19,372 nt of DNA from Sandaracinaceae bacterium (lineage in GTDB: Bacteria; Myxococcota_A; Polyangia; Polyangiales; Sandaracinaceae). This document shows, piece after piece, positions 11,553 to 19,295 of the stretch. Both the position numbers and the translations under genes were made by a program. Below the pieces are notes generated by a model. The model saw only the letters and a list, made by a program, of their open reading frames with translations. It was not told the DNA's origin and made no database searches. Every line of letters starts with the position of its first letter. The stretch's first letter is position 1. The stretch spans positions 1-19,372 of the forward strand of contig JBGAQA010000115.1 of the NCBI GenBank assembly GCA_044220955.1, read 5' to 3'.

Positions 11553-11661
11553 CGCGCGCTCCTTTACCACACGCCTGCGGCGCTCGCGTCGGCGACGCCG
11601 CGCTCGCCCGCCTCGCTCGGGCGCGCGCGGGTCGATCTCGGCGCCGCGTGGGGCGGCGCGC

Positions 11662-11667
11662 TATGGT
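11662..11667 (+). promoter_or_regulatory. Putative -10 box TATGGT 6 nt before GTG11674 (leaderless folB-cupin transcript)
   Basis: gcgcgc-TATGGT-cctcgc-GTG, with no SD in the spacer. Confidence 0.5.
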
Positions 11668-11673
11668 CCTCGC

Positions 11674-12462
11674 GTGCGAGCCAACGCGCGAGATCGATCC
11701 CGGCGAGACGTCATCCGCATCCAGGCGCTGCGGGTCGACTGCATCGTCGGCGTCTATCCACACGAGCGTGACACGCCGCAGCCCCTGACCCTCGACGTGG
11801 AGATGGAGCTCGATACCGCGCCGGCCGGCGAGACGCAGCGCCTGCGGCGAACGATCGACTACGCAGCCACCGCGTCGCAGCTCGCGTTCCTGCTCCAGAG
11901 CTGCCGCTTCGACCTGCTCGAGACGGCCGCGCACGCGCTCACTCGCTATCTGCTCGCTCCGCCCGCTCTCGGCGAGGAGCGCGCGCGGGTGCAGGCCGTC
12001 ACGCTGCGACTGGAGAAGCCCCTCGCGCTCGCGGGCCGCGGCGTACCCTCGCTCGAGGTCCATCGAGACGCGAACGACGTGCAGATCGCGCACGAAGACA
12101 AGCCCTTCGGTCGCGTCGACATCGTGGCCGAGACACGCGACGTGGGGATCTACCGGCTCAACGTGGCCCCCGGCCGCGGCATCCCGCTGCACGTGCACCG
12201 GGTGATGCAAGAGTCCGAGATGGTCCTCGGCGACGGCTTGTTCCTCTCCGGGCGGCCGGTCGCCGCGGGCGCCGTGCATCGATGGCCGCACGACGCCGCG
12301 CACCGCTACGACAACCCGACGACGCGCTGGCAGTCGATCCTGTGCGTGGACGCGCCGGCGTTCATCCCCTCCGACGAGATCGAGGTCGCGGGCGAGCCCG
12401 CGCGCGTGGCGCCCGAGGCGCCGTTTCTTCCGCGCCACCCGGTGATCGAGGGCCGCTCGTGA
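11674..12462 (+). CDS. folB: Dihydroneopterin aldolase (FolB) fused to a C-terminal cupin domain
   Basis: FolB motifs IRIQALRVDCIVGVYPHER..PQPL, TIDY, FDLLETAA and LEKP. Cupin motifs IPLHVHRVMQESEMVL and AGAVHRWPHDAAHRYDN. The start at GTG11674 is inferred. Confidence 0.85.
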   Translation: MRANARDRSRRDVIRIQALRVDCIVGVYPHERDTPQPLTLDVEMELDTAPAGETQRLRRTIDYAATASQLAFLLQSCRFDLLETAAHALTRYLLAPPALGEERARVQAVTLRLEKPLALAGRGVPSLEVHRDANDVQIAHEDKPFGRVDIVAETRDVGIYRLNVAPGRGIPLHVHRVMQESEMVLGDGLFLSGRPVAAGAVHRWPHDAAHRYDNPTTRWQSILCVDAPAFIPSDEIEVAGEPARVAPEAPFLPRHPVIEGRS

Positions 12463-13223
12463 GCACCGTCATCGTCACCGGCGCGAGCCGCGGCATCGGG
12501 CTCGCGACGACCGCGGCGCTCGCGGCCCGAGGCGACAGGGTGATCGGGATCGCGCGCTACGACGCCGGGAGCGAGCACGTGGCGAAGATCGCCGACCCGC
12601 TCGCGCTCGACCTCTCGCGCACCGAGGATGCCGAGCGCGCGGTCGCCGCGGCGGAGGAGATCGCAGGGCCCGTCGACGCGATGGTCCTGGCCGCCGGCGT
12701 GGCCGAGCACGCTCCCCTCGAAGAGGTCGACGCAGCGCGCATCGAGCGCCACTTCGCGCTCAACGTCCGCGCGCCCCTCCTGATGTGCCGCGAGCTGGCC
12801 AAGCGTGCGAAGGCGCGAGGCAGGGGCGCCTCCATCGTGATGGTCGCCAGCACGCTCGGCATCGCACCGGCCAAGCGCACGAGCGTGTACGCCGCGACGA
12901 AGGGGGCGCTCATCGCGATGACGAAGGCGCTGGCCCTGGAGCTCGCGCCGGCCGGCGTGCGCGTGAACGCGATCGCGCCTGGCGTGGTCGACACCGAGAT
13001 GACCCGCCGGCTCCGCCTCGAGCCCGGCGAGCCCATGCCCGGCGGTGCGGAGCGCGCGCGTCGCGAGGACGAGCAGATGCGCGCGCTCGCGGGGCTGCAC
13101 CCGATCGGACGCGTGGGCCGGCCCGAGGACGTCGCGGCCGGGATCCTCTACCTGCTCGACGCGGAGCTGGCGGTCGGGACGATCCTGGTGCTCGACGGCG
13201 GGCTCACGGCGGGCAGCGCGTAG
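12459..13223 (+). CDS. Short-chain dehydrogenase/reductase (classical SDR)
   Basis: GTG overlaps the folB stop (GTGA). TGASRGIG, catalytic S (VASTLG), YAATK, VRVNAIAPGVVDT and LDGG. Confidence 0.92.
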   Translation: MSTVIVTGASRGIGLATTAALAARGDRVIGIARYDAGSEHVAKIADPLALDLSRTEDAERAVAAAEEIAGPVDAMVLAAGVAEHAPLEEVDAARIERHFALNVRAPLLMCRELAKRAKARGRGASIVMVASTLGIAPAKRTSVYAATKGALIAMTKALALELAPAGVRVNAIAPGVVDTEMTRRLRLEPGEPMPGGAERARREDEQMRALAGLHPIGRVGRPEDVAAGILYLLDAELAVGTILVLDGGLTAGSA

Positions 13224-14214
13224 CGGGCGGCTCTCGGTCGGACGTGGCGCGCGCGCCGCGGAGCTCCTCGATCTCGCGCTCGAGCTCCGCGATGCGTCGC
13301 TCCTGGGACTGCACCGTCGCGAGCACGAGGCTCGTATAGCCGTAGAGATCGACCCGCGCGCGGGAGGCCTCGACCGCGTACGAGGGGTCGGGCTGGTCCT
13401 CGATGACGAAGCCGAGGTGGCGCGAGCCCGCGAGCGCGGGGTCGGTGTACTCGTAGGTCGCGAGCTGCACGTCCTGGGCCTCGGCGGCGAGCGCGTCGAC
13501 CTCGTCGGGCGCGAGGTACCGGATGTCTCGCTTCAGGCGCCGGGTCGAGATCGGGCACTCGCCGCCGCGCTCCGTCACCCAGACACCGCCGGTGCATGCG
13601 CGGCCGCCGGCGTCCCCGCACTGATAGACGCACGTCTGCCCTTCGGTCGGGCACCCCGCGCCCAGCGCCGGCATCGCGGGCGGGCAGGCGGGATCGGGGT
13701 TCGGCACGTCGCAGTCCCACACGGGGGACCCCGGCCCGCAGAGCGGCGCGCCGCGCGGGCAGTCGGTGCAGTGGCAGGCGAGGTCTCCGTACGCGCAGAC
13801 GGCGCCGAGGTTCGTGCAGGGCTGGCGCGCGGCTGCCTCGCGCGTGGCCGGACACGTCTCGGAGGGAGGCGGGGGACAGCCTGGCACGGCGACGCGGAAG
13901 GCCCCGCCGGTGCAAGTGGCGGTCGTGCGGCACTCGCGTCGGGGGTCGCTTCCGTACTCGCAGACCAGCCCCTCCCGCGCGCACGGCGCGCCATCGGCAG
14001 GGACCGCGCTACCGCAGGGGCCCGCGGTGCCGCCGGCGTCGGCCCCCACGTCGCTCGGGGTCCCGGAGTCACTCGGCGTTCCGCCGTCGCCGCCCGCGGA
14101 GTCGACGGCGCCGCCGCCGTCCGCGCCCGAGGCGTCGGCGGGGGTCGTGCTCTGCGCGCACCCTGCCAGCGCCGTCATGGCGCAGAACAGAAGATGGAAG
14201 GACGCGTTCCTCAT
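13204..14214 (-). CDS. Lipoprotein with three Cys-rich modules and a C-terminal peptidase S74-like intramolecular chaperone/autoprocessing domain
   Basis: Lipobox LAGC (C19), a Gly/Asp linker, three C-x10/11-C-x6-C-x-Y modules, then STRRLKRDI, YEY, HLGFVIED, VDLYGY and coiled coil LATVQSQERRIAELEREIEELR. SD GGAG upstream. Confidence 0.85.
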   Translation of the reverse strand: MRNASFHLLFCAMTALAGCAQSTTPADASGADGGGAVDSAGGDGGTPSDSGTPSDVGADAGGTAGPCGSAVPADGAPCAREGLVCEYGSDPRRECRTTATCTGGAFRVAVPGCPPPPSETCPATREAAARQPCTNLGAVCAYGDLACHCTDCPRGAPLCGPGSPVWDCDVPNPDPACPPAMPALGAGCPTEGQTCVYQCGDAGGRACTGGVWVTERGGECPISTRRLKRDIRYLAPDEVDALAAEAQDVQLATYEYTDPALAGSRHLGFVIEDQPDPSYAVEASRARVDLYGYTSLVLATVQSQERRIAELEREIEELRGARATSDREPPATRCPP

Positions 14215-14250
14215 GGTGTCTCCGTTCCTGTGGTGCGCGCGCCCGAGGCG

Positions 14251-14892
14251 CTACTCCTCCGCCGCGTCGTCGAGCGTGGGGATCGACCCGAGGAAGGGCC
14301 CCCACTCCGGGTAGCGCTGGCTCGGCGCGGCCATGCGCAGGGCCGTGCTCCAGCCCGGCCGCGCGGGCCTCGCGCGCAGGACCATGCCGCACTCGTCCGG
14401 GAGCTTGAACCCCTTCTTGAGGTTGCACTCGCGGCACGAGGTCACGAGGTTGTCCCACGTGCTCTTGCCGCCGCGGCTCTTCGGTAGGACGTGATCGAGG
14501 TTCAGCTCTCGCACGTGCGGGCGCTCGCCGCAGTACTGGCAGGTGAACGAGTCGCGCAGGAAGATGTTGCGACGCGAGAGCCGCAGCGGTGCGCTCGGGA
14601 CGCGGCCGTAGCTCACGAGCAAGAGCACGCGCGGCACGCGGATCGGCCCCCGCATCGTGCCGACGGTCTCGTCGTCCGGCTCCGGCTTGGCCCCGGCCCA
14701 GTCGTCCCAGCCATGTGGCTCGAAGCGCGCGTCGAGCGCGCGGGCACGGCCCAGGAAGAGCAGCGTGAAGGCTTGACGCGCCGTGGTGATGCGGACGGGC
14801 GCGAAGTTCCGGTTGAGCACCAGGACCGGCGCGGCCAGCCCCGTCTTCGTGGTCTCTCTGGGGGCGTTCGTCGCAGTTGGGCCCGCGAGCAC
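14251..14892 (-). CDS. HNH endonuclease (McrA-like family with an N-terminal VLVLN motif)
   Basis: VLVLNRNFAP, PRVLLL, LSRRNIFLRDSFTCQYCG and LDHVLPKSRGGKSTWDNLVTSCRECNLKKG. The start is placed at GTG14892 because the longer track ORF overlaps the divergent ATPase gene. Confidence 0.9.
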   Translation of the reverse strand: MLAGPTATNAPRETTKTGLAAPVLVLNRNFAPVRITTARQAFTLLFLGRARALDARFEPHGWDDWAGAKPEPDDETVGTMRGPIRVPRVLLLVSYGRVPSAPLRLSRRNIFLRDSFTCQYCGERPHVRELNLDHVLPKSRGGKSTWDNLVTSCRECNLKKGFKLPDECGMVLRARPARPGWSTALRMAAPSQRYPEWGPFLGSIPTLDDAAEE

Positions 14893-14898
14893 GCGGGG

Positions 14899-14904
14899 AC
14901 TATA
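14899..14904 (-). promoter_or_regulatory. Putative -10 box TATAGT 6 nt before GTG14892 (leaderless HNH transcript)
   Basis: The minus strand reads ttgcgc-TATAGT-ccccgc-GTG. Confidence 0.55.
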
Positions 14905-14965
14905 GCGCAATGCGGGCTTCGGTCCGTTGCTCGCGGTGGAACGAGTTGGTAAGCCGGTCGTGACG

Positions 14966-16528
14966 ATGTCCGACACGCTCCCGCCGCCGAGCCCGTCCGA
15001 GGGAGCTGCGCCCGACGGCGACGGGGAGCGCGCGGCGACGCCGCCGCCCGACGCGCCCGCGCGCACGGGCGGGCCCCGGGTGTTCGTCGTCAGCGGCGGA
15101 AAGGGCGGGCTGGGCAAGACGGTCCTCGCGGCGAACCTCGGCGTGTACCTCGCGAGCGTCGGCCGCCGCGCGTTGCTCGTCGACGCCGATCCGCAGGGGG
15201 CCAACGCGCACACGCTGGTCGGTGTTCCGGGGTCGCTCGCCCGGCGATCGCGCGAGCCCATCGAGACCCCGGTGCCGGGTCTGCGGCTCCTGCACACCGG
15301 GGCCGACGAGGGGCTCTCGGGCCTGCGCCGGAAGAAGAGCACGCGGGCGCTCTTCGACGAGCTGCTCGCGTTTCCGGGGATCGACTACGCCGTCGTGGAT
15401 CTCGGCACGGCGACCAGCCGCGCCGCGATCGCCGCGATGCTGCGCGCGAGCACGCCGATCCTCGTCACCCTGCCGGAGCCGACCGCGCTCGAGTCGACCT
15501 ACCGCGTGATCGCGCGTGCCTTCCTGGCCCGGCTGCTCTCGAGCGCGGGCCGCGCCGACCGGCTCGTGATCGCGACGCGCGCGCGCCAGCTGGGGGGCTC
15601 ACCCCCGCCCCTGGACCTCTGGCGCTCGCTCGAGGACGACGGACACCCGCTCGCCGACGACGTGCGCGCCGCGATGGAGGCGTTCCGCCCGGGCCTCGTC
15701 CTGGCGCAGACGCGGCTGCGCGCCGACCTCGATCTCGGAGACGCCGTGCGGAGCACGGTCCGGCGGCGCCTCGGCATCAGCGTCGAGTACTTGGGGCACG
15801 TCGAGTACGACGACACGGTGTGGACCTGCGTGCGCTCGAGGAAGCTCCTGCTCGTCGAGAGCCCCGGCACGAAGGCGGCGAAGAACATCGAGAAGATCGC
15901 GCGGCGCCTGCTCGCGCTCGAGTCCGGCAAGCGCCGAGCGCCGGTCCGGGCCGTGCCGCCCGAGAGCCATCACGATCTGCTCGAGGTGGAGCGCGGCGCG
16001 ACCGAGGAGGAGGTGCGTCGCGCCTACAAGCGGAGCCGAGAGGTGTATGCGCAAGGCGCGCTCGCGACGTACGGCCTCTTCGAGCCGCACGAGATCGAGG
16101 CCCTGCGTGCGCGGCTCGACGAGGCCCACGACGTGCTCCTCGATCCCACGCGGCGCCGGCCCTACGAGCTGAGCGTGTTCCCGCCTTCGCCCGAGCACGA
16201 CGAGCCCGTACAGGCGCGCGGCGAGGGCGAGGAGCCGCTGCCGCCGCCGCCGGAGATCACGCCGGACACGGCGTTCACGGGCGCGATCCTCAAGGCCGTC
16301 CGCGAGAGCCGCGGCGTGAAGCTCGAGGAGATCAGCGCACGAACGAAGGTCGGCATCGCGTATCTCGCCGCGATCGAGGGCGACGACTTCACGTCGCTAC
16401 CCGCAGCGGTCTACGTGCGCGGGTTCGTCGGCGAGCTCGCGAAGTACCTCGGGCTCGACGCGGCCCAGGTCGCGCGGACGTACGTGCGGCGCCTGCGTCG
16501 GGCGACCGAAGAGCGCAGGGCGGGGTGA
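14966..16528 (+). CDS. MinD/FlhG-like P-loop ATPase fused to an HPD-less J-like domain and a C-terminal RodZ-type (HTH_25/XRE) helix-turn-helix
   Basis: Deviant Walker A SGGKGGLGKT, LVDAD, VVDLG and TLPEPTA. J-like HDLLEVERGATEEEVRRAYKR...LDEAHDVLLDPTRRRPYE. HTH GAILKAVRESRGVKLEEISARTKV..AYLAAIE....LP..VYVRGFV. The start is ATG14966 or GTG14960. Confidence 0.85.
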   Translation: MSDTLPPPSPSEGAAPDGDGERAATPPPDAPARTGGPRVFVVSGGKGGLGKTVLAANLGVYLASVGRRALLVDADPQGANAHTLVGVPGSLARRSREPIETPVPGLRLLHTGADEGLSGLRRKKSTRALFDELLAFPGIDYAVVDLGTATSRAAIAAMLRASTPILVTLPEPTALESTYRVIARAFLARLLSSAGRADRLVIATRARQLGGSPPPLDLWRSLEDDGHPLADDVRAAMEAFRPGLVLAQTRLRADLDLGDAVRSTVRRRLGISVEYLGHVEYDDTVWTCVRSRKLLLVESPGTKAAKNIEKIARRLLALESGKRRAPVRAVPPESHHDLLEVERGATEEEVRRAYKRSREVYAQGALATYGLFEPHEIEALRARLDEAHDVLLDPTRRRPYELSVFPPSPEHDEPVQARGEGEEPLPPPPEITPDTAFTGAILKAVRESRGVKLEEISARTKVGIAYLAAIEGDDFTSLPAAVYVRGFVGELAKYLGLDAAQVARTYVRRLRRATEERRAG

Positions 16529-16532
16529 CCCG

Positions 16533-17147
16533 GTGCGGCTCGTGCTGGCATCGGGCTCGCCGCGGAGGCGGGAGATCCTGACGGCGCTCGAGATCGCCTT
16601 CGAGGTGCGGCCGACCGGCGCGGACGAGACGCCTCGAGCCGGGGAGAGCGCGCTCGACCTGGCGATCCGCGTGGCGCGCGCCAAGTGCGCGGCCGCGATG
16701 AGCGAGTCCGAGGTCGGCGGCGCGGTCGAGGTCGAGGGCGAGGGCGACGTCGAGACGGCCTTCCTCGCCGCGGACACGGTCGTCGACGTCGACGGCGCCC
16801 CCCTCAACAAGCCCGACGGCGACGACGAAGCGCGGCGCATGCTCCGACTGCTCTCCGGCCGCACGCACCTCGTGCACACGGCGATCGCGCTCGGCGTTCG
16901 AGGCGAGGTCCACGTCCGGAGCGTCTCGAGCGAGGTCGTGTTCCGCTCGCTCGATCCGGCGGTGATCGACCGCTACGTCGCGAGCGGCGAAGGCCGGGAC
17001 AAGGCGGGCGCTTACGCGGTCCAGGGCATGGGGGCGGGCCTGGTGCTCGCGGTGAACGGATCGCCTTCGAACGTGATCGGGCTCCCCGCGGCGCAGACGG
17101 TCGCGCTGCTCGTCGACGCGGGGGTGCTGCCGCGGTGGCCCACGTGA
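16533..17147 (+). CDS. maf: Maf-family nucleoside triphosphate pyrophosphatase, YhdE subtype (dTTP/UTP)
   Basis: LVLASGSPRRREIL, ADTVV, KP, LSGRTH, DKAGAYAVQG and NVIGLP. The R/V/Q signature is that of the YhdE subtype. Confidence 0.93.
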   Translation: MRLVLASGSPRRREILTALEIAFEVRPTGADETPRAGESALDLAIRVARAKCAAAMSESEVGGAVEVEGEGDVETAFLAADTVVDVDGAPLNKPDGDDEARRMLRLLSGRTHLVHTAIALGVRGEVHVRSVSSEVVFRSLDPAVIDRYVASGEGRDKAGAYAVQGMGAGLVLAVNGSPSNVIGLPAAQTVALLVDAGVLPRWPT

Positions 17148-17809
17148 GCTCGATCGCAGAGAACCTCGCCGCCGTCCGTGAGCGCATCGCGCGCGCGGCC
17201 GATCGGGCGCGGCGCGATCCGGCGAGCGTCGCGCTCATCGCCGTGAGCAAGATGCACGACGCCGCGGCGATCCGCGCTGCCTACGAGGCCGGCCAGCGAC
17301 GCTTCGGAGAGAACTACGTCCAGGAGCTCGACGCGAAGGCGACCGAGCTCGCGGCGCTCTCCGATCTCGAGTGGCACTTCATCGGACACCTGCAACGCAA
17401 CAAGGTGAAGGCGGTCCTGCGCGCCCGTCCCGTCGTGCACACGGTCGACTCGACGCGCCTCGCGGACGAGCTCGCCCAGCGCGCGACCGGCGGGCGCGCC
17501 CGGGTGCTGCTGCAGGTGAACGTCGCCCGCGAGCCGCAGAAGTCGGGCGCCGCTCCGGAGGAGCTGGACGCGCTCGTCGCGCACGCGCGCGCGCTGCCCG
17601 CGCTCGACGTCCTCGGCTTGATGCTGATCCCTCCCGAGTCCGGCGATCCGCGGCCCCACTTCCGTGCGCTGCGGGCGCTCGCGGAGCGTCACGGCCTCGC
17701 GGAGCTCTCGATGGGCATGAGCTCGGACCTCGACGCGGCCGTCGAAGAGGGCGCCACGCTCGTCCGCGTCGGGACCGCGATCTTCGGTCCGCGCGCGCCG
17801 CGGCCCTGA
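17144..17809 (+). CDS. yggS: YggS/PLPBP pyridoxal-phosphate homeostasis protein
   Basis: GTG overlaps the maf stop. LIAVSK, FGENYVQE, WHFIGHLQRNK, LSMGMSSD and VRVGTAIFG. Confidence 0.95.
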   Translation: MSSIAENLAAVRERIARAADRARRDPASVALIAVSKMHDAAAIRAAYEAGQRRFGENYVQELDAKATELAALSDLEWHFIGHLQRNKVKAVLRARPVVHTVDSTRLADELAQRATGGRARVLLQVNVAREPQKSGAAPEELDALVAHARALPALDVLGLMLIPPESGDPRPHFRALRALAERHGLAELSMGMSSDLDAAVEEGATLVRVGTAIFGPRAPRP

Positions 17810-18040
17810 TCAGGAGTCCGCTGCGGAGGGCATCGGTACGCAGGACCACACGCGGTCGCGGCACGAGCAGAGGGTCGTATGGCCGCCGCTCGTGTACGTG
17901 CATGCCGCGAACCCGGGCGGCGCGCACGCGGTCCCGGTCACGGGCACGGAGTGCGGGCACCCGGCGGGCGGCAGCGCGTCCGCGCTCGCGCTGCTCGCGA
18001 GGCCGATCAGCGAGAGCAGCCCGAACGCGAGCGTGCGCAC
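17810..18040 (-). CDS. Small secreted Cys-rich protein (76 aa; signal peptide plus one 6-Cys module)
   Basis: GTG18040 lies 5 nt after the DUF962 stop. MRTLAFGLLSLIGLASSASA (AxA cleavage site), then CPHSVPVTGTACAPPGFAACTYTSGGHTTLCSCRDRVWSC. It is the C-terminal part of track ORF 17810..18751. Confidence 0.75.
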   Translation of the reverse strand: MRTLAFGLLSLIGLASSASADALPPAGCPHSVPVTGTACAPPGFAACTYTSGGHTTLCSCRDRVWSCVPMPSAADS

Positions 18041-18045
18041 GGCCC

Positions 18046-18570
18046 TCAATTCGGCTGGGCCGCGGGCGTGACGGCGTCCGTCTCGCGCGGCGCCGCGCCT
18101 GGCTTCGCGGGCGTCTCGAGGCCGAGCTCTTCGAGCGGGTCGCCGCTCCAGAGCTTGCCGCGCGCCATGTTGCTCCACATGCGCAGGTCCGCGAGGAACG
18201 ACCAGAGGGGATACTCGAACGTCGCGGGCCGGTTGCCCTCGACGCCGAAGTGGCCGATCCACGCGCACGCGTATGCGCTCACGACGCCCGCGGGGAACAG
18301 CACGGGCGAGGCGAGCGTCGGGAGCGCCAGCATGCCGGCGACGTGCGCGAGCGGCCGGCCCTTCGGCTCCTGCGTCGCGCCGTGGGCGAGCAGCGCGGCG
18401 AAGCCGGCCATGGCCAGCGGGAAGCGCACCGGTCGAGTCACCGCGCTCGCGACGCAGCTGGCGAAGAAGCTCGTCGTCCCCACGAAGTGCAGGCGCCGCG
18501 ACGTCGGGTTGCGGTGCTCGGAGAGGTAGTACGGCCAGAACTCCTCGAAGGACTGGTAGCGCTCGGTCAT
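18046..18570 (-). CDS. DUF962/Mpo1-like membrane protein
   Basis: FEEFWPYYLSEHRNPTSRRLHFVGT and YACAWIGHFGVEGNRPATFEYPLWSFLADLRM. Confidence 0.9.
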   Translation of the reverse strand: MTERYQSFEEFWPYYLSEHRNPTSRRLHFVGTTSFFASCVASAVTRPVRFPLAMAGFAALLAHGATQEPKGRPLAHVAGMLALPTLASPVLFPAGVVSAYACAWIGHFGVEGNRPATFEYPLWSFLADLRMWSNMARGKLWSGDPLEELGLETPAKPGAAPRETDAVTPAAQPN

Positions 18571-18576
18571 GGCGCG

Positions 18577-18582
18577 AGGATA
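18577..18582 (-). promoter_or_regulatory. Putative -10 box TATCCT 6 nt before the DUF962 ATG (leaderless)
   Basis: The minus strand reads gtcgcg-TATCCT-cgcgcc-ATG. Confidence 0.55.
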
Positions 18583-18635
18583 CGCGACGGCGACGGCGAC
18601 GGCGAGCGGGGCACGGTACGCTCGAGGCCCGGCCC

Positions 18636-19178
18636 GTGGTCCCGCTCGCGCTCGTCTGTGCGTTCGTCGCGCTCGCCTGGCCTCTGGCCGCGCTCGTGCT
18701 GGCCCGCCGCGGCCGCGCGCGGCCGGATCGGGACGCGCGCTTCGACGCCATCGTCGTCCTCGGCTGCCGCGTGCGCCCGGACGGCAGCGCGAGCCCTTCG
18801 CTGAAGCGGCGCGTGGAGCTCGGCTGCGCGCTCCTGCGCGCGGGTCACGCGCCGCGGCTCGTGGTCACCGGTGGCCGGGTCGGTGGCCCGGTGACGGAGG
18901 CGGCTGCGGCGAGGGCCCACGTCGCGGCGCGCGCGCTCGCGCCCCTCGACGCGCTCGTGCTCGAGGAGACCGCGACCTCCACCCGCACGAACGCGACGTG
19001 CACGCGCGCGCTGCTCGGCGACGCCAGCGTGCTCGTGGTCACCGACGACTGGCACGTGACGCGGGCGCGGATGCTCTTCGGGCGCTCGTTCTCGCGCGTC
19101 GCGTGCGCGGGCGCCCGGGCGAGGTGGCGCGGCGCGCTGCGCGAGGTGCCGCTGGTGGTGATCGACTGGGTCCGGTGA
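18636..19178 (+). CDS. YdcF/DUF218-family protein with an N-terminal TM segment
   Basis: Hydrophobic N-terminus, DAIVVLGC, RRVELG, LVVTGG, TEAAA, LEETATSTRTNA and LVVTDDWHVTRA. Upstream are TACGCT (18617-18622) and GAGG before GTG18636. Confidence 0.88.
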   Translation: MVPLALVCAFVALAWPLAALVLARRGRARPDRDARFDAIVVLGCRVRPDGSASPSLKRRVELGCALLRAGHAPRLVVTGGRVGGPVTEAAAARAHVAARALAPLDALVLEETATSTRTNATCTRALLGDASVLVVTDDWHVTRARMLFGRSFSRVACAGARARWRGALREVPLVVIDWVR

Positions 19179-19295
19179 TGAGAGCGCGCAAGCGAGCCGC
19201 GGGCGGAGCGCGCAACAGCAACATCGGCGGCGCGCGGCGCCGCGCAGAGGCCGCGAGCTGCCAGGCCGGTGGCGCGACGCGGCTCTCCCATCGGA

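Noticed and set aside
13204..14892. Prophage remnant (S74 tail domain, HNH, Dam)
   Set aside because: No integrase, terminase, capsid or tail genes, no compositional shift, and the S74 protein has a bacterial lipoprotein signal.
14893..15342. 150-aa N-terminal extension of the HNH ORF (likewise the extensions of track ORFs 5494, 11485, 12282, 16685, 18273 and 17810..18751)
   Set aside because: They overlap neighbouring real genes. Family motifs begin only at downstream starts supported by stop/start overlaps or -10/SD signals.
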